Positions 52,564 to 62,220 are shown, numbered from the stretch's first letter. The stretch is 64,000 nt of DNA from an uncultured cyanobacterium (GCA_963740315.1 CAVUDP010000004.1:256001-320000); one strand, 5' to 3'. Notes: generated by a model not told the origin, from the letters alone. Numbers and translations: made by a program.

Positions 52564-52854
52564 ATGAGCCAGCAATACTATATCTATATAATGACAAATG
52601 AATATAATACTGTGCTTTATACAGGTGTTACTAATGATTTAATTAGAAGAGTTTACCAACACAAAGAAAAATTAATTGCTGGTTTTACAAAAAAGTACAA
52701 CGTTAATAAACTGGTTTATTACGAAATTTTTACCGATATTAATAATGCGATCGCACGAGAAAAACAAATCAAAGCTGGTTCCAGACAAAAGAAAATTGAT
52801 TTGGTAAATAGTATGAATCCACAATGGTGCGATTTGTACGACGGTTTATTGTGA
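52564..52854 (+). CDS. Stand-alone GIY-YIG nuclease (96 aa, UPF0213/YhbQ-like)
   Basis: YYIYIM...LYTGVTNDLIRRVYQH...FTKKY...LVYYE...AIAREKQIK...NPQWCDL; ATG at 52564. Confidence 0.92.
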   Translation: MSQQYYIYIMTNEYNTVLYTGVTNDLIRRVYQHKEKLIAGFTKKYNVNKLVYYEIFTDINNAIAREKQIKAGSRQKKIDLVNSMNPQWCDLYDGLL

Positions 52855-52885
52855 AACTGTCAACACCAACAAGTAATTGTCAAAC

Positions 52886-53368
52886 CGTCATTGCGACGAA
52901 GGAAGCAATCGCAACACCTTGACTATGAACAAGTTAATGTGATTGCTTCGTCGTTCCTCCTCGCAATGACAAGGAAACGAAACCGTCATTGCGAGGAACG
53001 AAGCAATCCCAACACCCTCAACACCAACAAGCTAATATCAAACTGTCATTGCGAGGAACGAAGCAATCCCAACACCTTCAACACCAACGAATAATTATCA
53101 AACCGTCATTGCGAGGAACGAAGCAATCCCAACACCTTCAACACCAACGAATAATTATCAAACCGTCATTGCGAGGAACGAAGCAATCCCAACACCTTCA
53201 ACACCAACGAATAATTATCAAACCGTCATTGCGAGGAACGAAGCAATCCCAACAACTTCAACACCAACGAATAATTATCAAACCGTCATTGCGAGGAACG
53301 AAGCAATCCCAACACCTTCAACACCAACGAGCTACTGAGATTGCTTCGTCGTTCCTCCTCGCAATGAC
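52886..53368. repeat. CGTC-type palindromic element (52886-52970) followed by six 60-bp tandem units (52981-53340) closed by one right arm (53339-53368)
   Basis: Left arm cgtcattgcgaggaacgaagcaatc; right arm gattgcttcgtcgttcctcctcgcaatgac; unit aaccgtcattgcgaggaacgaagcaatcccaacaccttcaacaccaacgaataattatca. Confidence 0.93.
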
Positions 53369-53373
53369 AAAAA

Positions 53374-56300
53374 CTAAGAATCATCCCCACCTTCTCCCCG
53401 CTGTGCGCGTAAATATTCCAGGTTTTCCCGAAAAGTCACCGTATTGGGATGATTTTCTCCCAAAATCCGCTCCGCAATCTCAACAGCTTGGATAAAAAGG
53501 GGTTCAGCTTCTTCGTACTTTCTTTGGGATTTGTAGAGATAAGCTAAATTGTTCAAACTAATTGCAGTGTCGGGATGATTTACTTCGAGAAGTTGTTTTC
53601 TTAATTGCAAAGCTTGGATATAAAGGGGTTCAGCTTGTTCGTACTTTCCTTGGGAATCGTAGAGTGCAGCTAAATTGTTCAAACTTTGTGCAGTGTCGGG
53701 ATGATTTACTCCGAGTAGCTGTTTTCTTAACTCCAAAGCTTGGATATAAAGGGGTTCAGCTTGTTCGTACTTTCTTTGGGATTTGTAGAGATAAGCTAAA
53801 TTGTTCAAACTAATTGCAGTGTGGGGATGATTTACTCCGAGTAGCTGTTTTCTTAACTCCAAAGCTTGAATATAAAGAGGTTCAGCTTCTTCGTACTTTC
53901 TTTGGGATTTGTAGAGATAAGCTAAATTGTTCAAACTCATTGCAGTGTCGGGATGATTTACTCCGAGTAGCTGTTTTCTTAACTCCAAAGCTTGGATATA
54001 AAGCGGTTCAGCTTCTTCGTACTTTCCGATGGAAGCGGTAAAGTTCAGCTAAATTGTTCAAACTGAGTGCAGTGTCGGGATGATTTACTCCGAGTAGCTG
54101 TTTATATAATTCCAAAGCTTGGATTAAAAGGGGTTCAGCTTCTTCGTACTTTCCGATGGAAAAGTAGAGTAAAGCTAAATTGTTCAAACTCATTGCAGTG
54201 TCGGGATGATTAACTCCGAGTAGCTGTTTTGTTAACTCCAATGCTTGGATATAAAGGGGTTCAGCGGCTTCGTACTTTCCTTGAGAGCGGTAAAGTTCAG
54301 CTAAATTGTTCAAACTGGTTGCTGTGTCGGGATGATTAACTCCCTGTAGCTGTTTTGTTAACTCCAAAGCTTGGATATAAAGGGGTTCAGCTTCTTCGTA
54401 CTTTCCTTGGGAGCGGTAAAGTTCAGCTAAATTGTTCAAACTGATTGCAGTGTGGGGATGATTTACTCCGAGTAGCTGTTTATATAATTCCAAAGCTTGG
54501 ATATAAAGGGGTTCAGTTTCTTCGTACTTTCCGATGGATTTGTAGAGTAGAGCTAAATTGTTCAAACTGGTTGCTGTGTCGGGATGATTAACTCCCTGTA
54601 GCTGTTTTGTTAACTCCAAAGCTTGGATATAAAGGGGTTCAGCTTCTTCGTACTTTCCGATGGAAGAGTAGAGATTAGCTAAATTGTTCAAACTCATTGC
54701 TGTGTCGGGATGATTAACTCCCTGTAACTGTTTATATAATTCCAAAGCTTGGATATAAAGGGGTTCAGCTTCTTCGTACTTTCCTTGGGAATGGTAGAGT
54801 CCACCTAAATTGTTCAAACTGGTTGCTGTGGAGGGATGATTTACTCCGAGTAGCTGTTTTTTTAACTCCAAAGCTTGGATATAAAGGGGTTCAGCGGCTT
54901 CGTACTTTCCTTGGGAGCGGTAAAGTTCAGCTAAATTGTTCAAACTGATTGCAGTGTCGGGATGATTAACTCCCTGTAACTGTTTATATAATTCCAAAGC
55001 TTGGATATAAAGGGGTTCAGCTTCTTCGTACTTTCCGATGGAAGAGTAGAGATTAGCTAAATTGTTCAAACTGGTTGCAGTGAAGGGATGATTTTCTCCC
55101 AAACGCGATCGCACTGTTGATAGACATTGCTCATACCAAGGTTCTGCTAATGTATACAAACCTTGTCCTTCATAAAATCTAGCTAAACCAGCAAAAGCCC
55201 AAGGTAAATTTTCATCGCTAACTGCATCAAGGTGATTTTCTGCGACTTCTGTTAAATGGGGAATCGCGTTTTTGACAGACTTGATAAACTCCAGGGTTGT
55301 TGTTTGGGGAATTGTTTGAGCAATTTCAATAAAAGTGTTGATAAATGCTTGTTTTAACTCCTTTATTTGTGGAGATGCTTTTAATTTATCTTGTAAAAAT
55401 TCGCGAATTAAAAGATGAATTTGATAGTAAGATACATCTTCATATTCTAAAGACTGCACCAAATGACGTTGGTAAACTTCATCAATAGCTACCTCAACAT
55501 CAGATTCATCCCAATTAAGGGATTTACTCATCGACTCTACCCACTCCCACTCAAAAATATCTGCTGCAAATAGACTTAATAACGTCGCAACTTGCTGTGT
55601 TGTAGGATTGAGTTCTTTCCAACTTAATTCAAATGCGTCTAAAACTCCTAATTGGGCTGTACGTAACCCTTTTTGCTGGGGATTCATCGCTTCTTGATGC
55701 AGTCGTTGTTGTTGCAACTGCTGCAACATTTTCTGTAAAGTAAAATGGGGAGGTTTTTTCTTGATATACCTTCCGACTAACTCTATCCCTAAAGGTAAAT
55801 ATCCCAACCATTCACATAGTTCGTTAGCTGTTTCTAATTCTTTATTTACTCTGCTTTCACTAATTAACTTTTTGAATAATTCTAAAGCTTCCTCTGGTAA
55901 CAACACATCAAGGGATATTTCCTCAACATTAGTGTCGATATCTCGCAACCTGGTTGTGATCAAAACCCGGAAGCGCTGAAAAGATGGTAGTAACTCAGAA
56001 ATATCTTCTAAATTCGTCACATCATCTAATATTATCAACACAAAACCTTCTGGTGGTTGCCAATGTTGCCAACACCAAGCTACTTGTTGTTCCAGAGTCA
56101 GCGCATTTTCTTGGATATCTTTTTGGGGAACTTGCAAACCCATTTGTTGGACAAATTGAATAATTTCCGCAGCTAAATTTGTACCTCTAACATTTAACCA
56201 ACAAATCCCACCGGGATAATCATTTTCGTGTTTTCGTGCGTACTGTACCGCTAACTCAGTTTTACCGACACCACCCATTCCAGATACAGAAGAAATGGCG

Positions 56301-56533
56301 ACTTTATTGTTTGTTTCAGAAAATTTATTGTGAACTTTGGCAAGTTCATCTTGTCTTCCTACAAAGTTATCGCTGCCAATTTTCGGTATATATTTAATGG
56401 GTTTAAAAGGTTCTTTTGGAGTTGGATTATAAATAGTTTGGCGGTTATCGTTATAATCTCCCTGAATATTTTCGTTATAATTACCACTGTTTAAATTGAT
56501 ATTGCGATTTTGATTTTCTTCGTTATTATTCAT
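53374..56533 (-). CDS. NLR-like STAND protein (N-terminal N/G-rich motif, NB-ARC, at least 13 42-aa TPRs), split by a +1 frameshift near 54033
   Basis: Start MNNNEENQ at 56533; FVGR, Walker A GMGGVGKT, Walker B ILDDV, ITTR, GYLPLG; 13 SLNNL repeats across the two ORFs; removing one A at 54033/54034 gives a single 1052-aa frame. Confidence 0.9.
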
Positions 56534-56615
56534 TGTTTTTTTATGGGTGAAACTAGATAATTTAAAATTACAATTGGAATTTTTCTGATTTCGTACATTA
56601 AGCAAGATACCGATT

Positions 56616-56728
56616 GTCATTGCGAGCGAAGCGTTAGCGCAGCGTGTCCGGAACGGACATAGCAATCCCAATATCTCTCATTATCAACGAGTTACTGGGA
56701 TTGCGTCGTCGTTCCTCCTCGCAATGAC
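56616..56728. repeat. CGTC-type palindromic element with a nested ~27-bp insertion
   Basis: gtcattgcgagcgaagcg[ttagcgcagcgtgtccggaacggacat]agcaatccc...gggattgcgtcgtcgttcctcctcgcaatgac. Confidence 0.85.
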
Positions 56729-56749
56729 GTACATGGATTTTCTGACAAT

Positions 56750-57721
56750 TTAATTATTCTTGTTCCAATCTTCCAAAGCACCAATTACAAAACTAGCTGC
56801 GGGATGGCTGAGAAGTTGTTCAAAAGCTTTAACACCACCAACTTTTAATGCACTAATTACCTGCGCTTTTAATTCTGGTTTATTTTCAATTGTTTTAATA
56901 GTTTCATCTGCTACTTGCACTTTGCCAGAATAAGTACTTGTATCGTAAGATTTATCTAATTGTTTAAGTAATTCTTGAATTTCTACTGCTGCTTCGGCAA
57001 GATTTTGTTTTTGCGGTGCATTATAGTAATTACCTTGAATATAATCACCTTCAATACGTTCGTTATAGTTACCGCTACCAATATTAATATTGCGTTCACC
57101 AGTCATTTTATTTTCCTCATTCGATTTACTATATATTGCATCTGCGTCAAGTAAACTTTGAGAAGTATCTTTAATTTTAATTTGTGGAGTTTGCGATTCG
57201 GGAATATTTTCTAAATCAAGGGCATTTTTCCCAAATTCAAAACTATCTTGATAATTTCTATCATTGGTTAAAGCATCATAAAAACCAGTCGCAAATTCAA
57301 TTGCTGCTCTATCCCCGATCGCCTTATTCATTCCAATTACACAATTAATATGTTGGTGAATCGCTTCTGATTGTACTTCGCTATAACAAGCATTCATCAC
57401 CACACATTCAATCTCTTTTGCAAACAACTTAAATAAACCCGCCAAAGACTCACTGCTTACAAATTGCTTTTGTCCGGATTTATTCTCCAGCAACAAACCA
57501 TCATCCCCGGCACCATGCCCGCAAAAGTGAACAATATTCGGCTTGTGGTATAATATCGCCGATCGCAAATCATCAACTCGTACAGCCCATCCGCTAATAA
57601 TTTCAATCTCTTCTCGATTTCTAGCTTGTCTGTGTGCTGCTTGGATTTCCCGCACCTCTACATCCAAGCGCAGTTTAGAAGTATCGGTGGGATTGGCTGC
57701 TAAAATCAAGATTTTTTTCAT
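56750..57721 (-). CDS. CHAT (caspase-like) domain protein with an N/G/Y-rich motif and a C-terminal helical domain
   Basis: KILILAANP..LRLDVEVREI, IVHFCGHG (His), VVMNACYS (Cys), VIGM, FATGFYDAL; then RNINIGSGNYNERIEGDYIQGNYY and QNLAEAAVEIQELLKQL... Confidence 0.9.
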   Translation of the reverse strand: MKKILILAANPTDTSKLRLDVEVREIQAAHRQARNREEIEIISGWAVRVDDLRSAILYHKPNIVHFCGHGAGDDGLLLENKSGQKQFVSSESLAGLFKLFAKEIECVVMNACYSEVQSEAIHQHINCVIGMNKAIGDRAAIEFATGFYDALTNDRNYQDSFEFGKNALDLENIPESQTPQIKIKDTSQSLLDADAIYSKSNEENKMTGERNINIGSGNYNERIEGDYIQGNYYNAPQKQNLAEAAVEIQELLKQLDKSYDTSTYSGKVQVADETIKTIENKPELKAQVISALKVGGVKAFEQLLSHPAASFVIGALEDWNKNN

Positions 57722-57952
57722 TACGCTGTTGATTTATGAAGCTAGCTTTATGAAGATACAGTTAATAATTGTATTATTTCGGAAAATAAAAATTTATAAA
57801 TTCACTAAAGCGAGAAAAGGATTAGGGGTAAGGAATTATCCTTTATCCCCTCTCCTGCACAACACTTTCGAGGTTTTATGTTTACTCTATTATTTATGGG
57901 TGCAAGTTAATTCAACTTATGCAGTTTTGAGCTAAGTAGATCGACATAAATA

Positions 57953-57982
57953 AAAAGACTCCGCAATTGCGAAGTCTCTACA
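57953..57982. repeat. Degenerate GTAG REP downstream of purF
   Basis: agactccgcaattgcgaagtctctaca. Confidence 0.6.
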
Positions 57983-58028
57983 TTAATGATTCATGATCTT
58001 CCAAATAACCCAATTTAATCCAAAATTA

Positions 58029-59531
58029 TTAAACTATTGCTTCTTCTAAGATTAATTTAGATCGTTTGAGTCTTTCGGGTACTGGCACGGGATAATCTCC
58101 TGTGAAACAAGCCGAACAAAAACTATTGGTATCTTGTTTGGTTTCTTCTAACATTCCTTTCCAGCTTAGATATGCCAGACTGTCTACTTCTAAGTGTTTG
58201 GCTATTTCTTTTACTGATTTGGTTGCAGCAATTAATTGATCTTGGCTATCGGTATCGATTCCGTAAAAGCAGGGATGGGTAACTGGGGGGGAAGAAATTC
58301 GCATATGTACTTCAGTTGCACCGGCTTCGTACAAGGATTTTACTAATTTACGACTAGTGGTACCTCGCACGATTGAGTCATCAATAATGATTACTCTTTT
58401 TCCGGCTAATACATCTTTGAGGGGATTTAGTTTCATTCTTATACCCGATTCGCGCATTGCTTGGGTAGGCTGAATGAAGGTTCGTCCGACGTAGCGATTT
58501 TTGATTAATCCTTCTACGTAGGGTATACCGGAAACTTCCGAAAAACCAATTGCAGCCGGGATTCCAGAGTCTGGAACGCCGAAAACAATATCAGCATCTA
58601 CAAGAGATTCTTGTGCTAATCGTCGCCCTAATCTCATCCGGTAGCTATACAAACTTTCTTCGTTCATGATGCTATCGGGACGAGCGAAGTAAAACATTTC
58701 AAAGATACAGAGCTTCCTTTCTTGTTTCTGACTCCATTGAAAGGACTCTAAACCCGATTCGGTAATCCAAACTAACTCGCCGGGTTCTACATCTCGCAAG
58801 TATTTCGCGCCGATAATATCTAAACCGCAGGTTTCTGAAGCTAAAACGTAACGTGTTGGACTACCCTCTAAAGTTCCAATTACCAGAGGACGAATGCCGT
58901 TCGGATCGCGCACGCCCATTATCCCTTCAGTGGAACCGATTACTAAACTAAAGGCTCCCCGGCAACGATGAAAAGCCCGAATCGCAGCTGACAACAACTG
59001 GGAACCGTCGTTTAATTCTTCGGCGATCGCCAAGGCAATCATTTCTGAGTCGGTTGTGGTAGTTAGGTTACAGCTTTTTTCAAGCAGTTCGTCGCGCAAC
59101 TGCTTAGTATTGACTAAATTACCATTGTGTGCTAGTGCTATTTCTCCGAGTCGGGTTTGGACAATAGCTGGTTGGGCATTAGCTAAATGACTGGAACCTG
59201 TGGTGGAATAACGGGTGTGTCCAACAGCGATAGTACCTGGTAAGTCATCAAGGATAGGTTCGTTAAAGACTTGAGATACTAAACCCATGTCTTTATGCAG
59301 GTGTACCTGTTGTCCTTCAAAAGTTGCAATCCCAGCGGATTCTTGACCTCTATGTTGCAGTGCGTATAGTCCAAAATAAGTTAATCTGGCAACGTCTTCT
59401 TTGGGTGCGTAAACGCCAAAAACGCCGCAAGCTTCTTCTTGCTTATCAGAACGTTCATTTTGATTAGTTGGATTGGGATTAATTTGGGGATATTTATCCG
59501 AAGTGACGGCTTTGGAATTTGCGGGAATCAT
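58029..59531 (-). CDS. purF: Amidophosphoribosyltransferase
   Basis: Propeptide then CGVFG, LQHRGQESAG, GHTRYST, AHNGN, VPDSG, DDSIVRGTT, CFYGID, CSACFTG. Confidence 0.97.
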   Translation of the reverse strand: MIPANSKAVTSDKYPQINPNPTNQNERSDKQEEACGVFGVYAPKEDVARLTYFGLYALQHRGQESAGIATFEGQQVHLHKDMGLVSQVFNEPILDDLPGTIAVGHTRYSTTGSSHLANAQPAIVQTRLGEIALAHNGNLVNTKQLRDELLEKSCNLTTTTDSEMIALAIAEELNDGSQLLSAAIRAFHRCRGAFSLVIGSTEGIMGVRDPNGIRPLVIGTLEGSPTRYVLASETCGLDIIGAKYLRDVEPGELVWITESGLESFQWSQKQERKLCIFEMFYFARPDSIMNEESLYSYRMRLGRRLAQESLVDADIVFGVPDSGIPAAIGFSEVSGIPYVEGLIKNRYVGRTFIQPTQAMRESGIRMKLNPLKDVLAGKRVIIIDDSIVRGTTSRKLVKSLYEAGATEVHMRISSPPVTHPCFYGIDTDSQDQLIAATKSVKEIAKHLEVDSLAYLSWKGMLEETKQDTNSFCSACFTGDYPVPVPERLKRSKLILEEAIV

Positions 59532-59596
59532 TCTAGCTATGCTCCTGATGATGATGTCAAGCCACTGGGATTGTGAAACTGGATAGTTAGATAAAA

Positions 59597-59626
59597 CTTA
59601 ATTAATTCTTAACCATCTATTTACCA
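59597..59626 (+). promoter_or_regulatory. Triple Pho-box-like repeat between purL and purF, oriented antisense to the pur genes
   Basis: CTTAATTA-att-CTTAACCA-tct-ATTTACCA with an 11-bp period. Confidence 0.5.
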
Positions 59627-59670
59627 CATTACAGTATTTATGCTCAGCGATACTAATAGTAAGTTGCCAG

Positions 59671-62220
59671 TTATTTAATTGTCAGTTGAGTGTTTAACTG
59701 TTGGGGAACGGCTAAACGCCTAGTAATTGCTTGGTGATAGCGAGTGCTTACATTTTCTATCGTAACGTTTATTAAAGTTTTATTATCAGTGGTTAAGACC
59801 CCCATATCGCTTTGGAAATTTCCGACCTTGCCAATTTTTTGCCAGCGATCGTTTAATTGTTCTTGTAAGTAGGATTCCCAAATTTCTTGTTGTACTAACG
59901 CAACTGAAACAATAATTCTTGCTCCCCCTTCACCAAAAAGTATTTCATCCCATCTTTGAGAATTGTTTGCTGGGATGTCTAATTTCACTTCGCAACCAAG
60001 GCTACTGTTAATACAGCATTCGGCGAGGGCAACAGTAATTCCACCTTCAGCGCAATCATGGGCAGATCGCACCCATCCTTGGCGAATACCCTCGCGGCAA
60101 GCTTGTTGTACGCGACGTTCCAAGTCAAAATCAACTGAAGGTGGTCTTCCGGCAACAGTATTATGGATGGTAGCTAAATACTCCGAGCCACCCAGTTCGA
60201 TTTTGGATTTTAGATTTTGGATTTTGGATTGGGAATTTGGGATTTCGGATTGAATTGGTAAACCGAGAAGATAGATAATATCTCCTTGCGATCGCCAAGC
60301 TTGAGAGCAAATCTTGGTTAAATCGGGAATTAATCCCACCATTCCGACAACGGGAGTCGGATAAATTGGTTTTGGATTGCCTTGAGAATCAAAAGTTTCG
60401 TTGTAAAGAGAGACATTTCCGCCAGTTACCGGAGTCGATAATTCTTGACAACCTTCCGCTAATCCCCGACAAGCTTCTGATAACTGCCAATAGCCGATCG
60501 CTTTTTCCGGGCTACCAAAATTAAGGTTATCCGTAACCGCTAAAGGTTCCGCACCCACACAGCTAAGATTGCGTGCAGCTTCCGCCACCACAGCTTTTGC
60601 ACCTTCGTAAGGATCGAGATAAACGTAGCGAGAATTGCAGTCAACAGTTGCAGCAACACCTTTTTGGGGATTGGGCATGGGGGATTGGGCATTGGGGATT
60701 GGGGATGGGGCATTAGAAAGTTTCTCCTTGTCCCCTTGTCCCCTTGTCCCCTTGTCCCCCCATCTCCCCATCTCCCCATCTCCTTGTCCCCCCATCCCCT
60801 TGTCTCCCCATCTCCCCATCTCCCCAACAGGGCGCAACCGAACGATCGCCGCATCTGCACCACCGGGTAACATGACGGTATTGTTCTGCACTTGATGGTC
60901 GTATTGACGATAAACCCAACTTTTTGAAGCGATGGTAGGAGTGTCGAGTAAAGTTAACAGAATATCGTTCCAGGTTTGCTGTTTTCCTTGAATTTCAATA
61001 CCTTCATAAGTGCAAGCTGGTAAATTATCGGCTGTCCATTCCCAAGCTTTGCGAGCATATTCTGGAGGTTCAGCTAATAATTCTCGGTTATAAATTGGGG
61101 TATTTTCTGCTAAAGCTGTGGCGGGTATTTCGGCTGCAATTTCCCCTTGATAAAGAATCCGCACGATTGGTTCTTCTATAACTTTTCCTGCGACTACTGC
61201 ATTCAGTCCCCAACGTACAAAAATATCAATTAATTCTTGCTCTCTACCTTTATGTGCAACAAACAGCATTCTCTCTTGAGATTCGCTGAGCAAATATTCG
61301 TAGGGAATCATTCCGGTTTCGCGGTTGGGAATCTTATCTAAATCGAATTCCACACCGACACCACCTTTTGCAGCCATTTCGGAAGTGGAACAGGTAATAC
61401 CGGCAGCGCCCATATCTTGCGCTGCTACTACCGCACCTGTTTTAAAGGCTTCCAAACAAGCTTCAATTAAGGATTTTTCTAAAAAAGGATCGCCAACCTG
61501 CACTGCTGGACGATTATCAATTGATTCGTCGGTTAATTCTGCACTGGCAAAACTAGCGCCTCCCATACCGTCGCGCCCGGTAGTAGAACCGACATACAGC
61601 ACCGGATTGCCGATACCTGATGCCCCAGATTTAACAATTTCCGGCGTTTCCATCAAACCCAACGCCATCACGTTTACCAAAGGATTGCCAGAGTAAGCGG
61701 GGTCAAAATAGACTTCACCACCAACTGTAGGAACGCCCACACAATTACCATAATGAGCGATTCCCGCTACCACACCACTAAATAATCTTTGGGTTTTGGC
61801 ATCTTCTAAATTACCGAAACGCAATGAGTTCAATACTGCAATGGGACGCGCACCCATTGTAAAAATATCTCTGAGAATACCACCTACTCCCGTTGCAGCA
61901 CCTTGAAAAGGTTCCACTGCTGAGGGATGATTGTGAGATTCGATTTTAAAAGCGAGTTGTAAACCATCACCCAAGTCTACAACCCCAGCATTTTCACCAG
62001 GGCCAACTAAAATTCGTTCTCCGGTTGTAGGAAACTGTTTTAATAAAGGTCGAGAATTTTTATAACAGCAATGTTCGGACCACATTACCCCAAACATTCC
62101 TAATTCGGCTTTATTAGGATGACGACCTAATCTTTTGACGATTTCTTGGTATTCTTCGGGTTTTATGCCTTCTTTGGCTATTTCTTCGGGAGAAAACGGA
62201 GGTTGAGATGTAGCGGTCAT
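59671..62220 (-). CDS. purL: Phosphoribosylformylglycinamidine synthase subunit PurL, with two in-frame STRR insertions
   Basis: [65 protein letters not shown]. Confidence 0.97.
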   Translation of the reverse strand: MTATSQPPFSPEEIAKEGIKPEEYQEIVKRLGRHPNKAELGMFGVMWSEHCCYKNSRPLLKQFPTTGERILVGPGENAGVVDLGDGLQLAFKIESHNHPSAVEPFQGAATGVGGILRDIFTMGARPIAVLNSLRFGNLEDAKTQRLFSGVVAGIAHYGNCVGVPTVGGEVYFDPAYSGNPLVNVMALGLMETPEIVKSGASGIGNPVLYVGSTTGRDGMGGASFASAELTDESIDNRPAVQVGDPFLEKSLIEACLEAFKTGAVVAAQDMGAAGITCSTSEMAAKGGVGVEFDLDKIPNRETGMIPYEYLLSESQERMLFVAHKGREQELIDIFVRWGLNAVVAGKVIEEPIVRILYQGEIAAEIPATALAENTPIYNRELLAEPPEYARKAWEWTADNLPACTYEGIEIQGKQQTWNDILLTLLDTPTIASKSWVYRQYDHQVQNNTVMLPGGADAAIVRLRPVGEMGRWGDKGMGGQGDGEMGRWGDKGTRGQGDKEKLSNAPSPIPNAQSPMPNPQKGVAATVDCNSRYVYLDPYEGAKAVVAEAARNLSCVGAEPLAVTDNLNFGSPEKAIGYWQLSEACRGLAEGCQELSTPVTGGNVSLYNETFDSQGNPKPIYPTPVVGMVGLIPDLTKICSQAWRSQGDIIYLLGLPIQSEIPNSQSKIQNLKSKIELGGSEYLATIHNTVAGRPPSVDFDLERRVQQACREGIRQGWVRSAHDCAEGGITVALAECCINSSLGCEVKLDIPANNSQRWDEILFGEGGARIIVSVALVQQEIWESYLQEQLNDRWQKIGKVGNFQSDMGVLTTDNKTLINVTIENVSTRYHQAITRRLAVPQQLNTQLTIK
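60664..60826. repeat. STRR tract inside purL
   Basis: ttgggga/ttgggca and ccttgtc/ccccatc heptamers, about 54 codons. Confidence 0.9.

Noticed and set aside
52981..53340. 60-bp periodic array as a CRISPR array
   Set aside because: The would-be spacers are near-identical rather than unique, the repeat is one arm of a REP-like palindrome, and no cas genes are present.
52891..53495. ORFs 52891..53094 and 52989..53495 (SLRGTKQSQHLQHQRIIIKP repeats)
   Set aside because: Open frames are a by-product of the 60-bp repeat, start at TTG within the repeat, and the longer one overlaps the NLR 3' end on the opposite strand.
53374..55100. TPR variability as a diversity-generating retroelement target
   Set aside because: No reverse transcriptase or non-coding template repeat in the window, and the variation is not confined to adenine positions of one template.
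56534..56671. N-terminal extension of the 887-aa ORF (MGLLCPFRTRCANASLAMT...)
   Set aside because: Translated from the palindromic element; the ATG at 56533 is the plausible start.
60664..60826. purL insertion as an intein or intron
   Set aside because: No Cys/Ser start or His-Asn end and no group I/II intron features; it is composed of STRR heptamers.
60540..60919. Several short overlapping ORFs within purL, and similar ones at 22419..22675 and 46918..47115
   Set aside because: Products of stop-poor STRR heptamer tracts.
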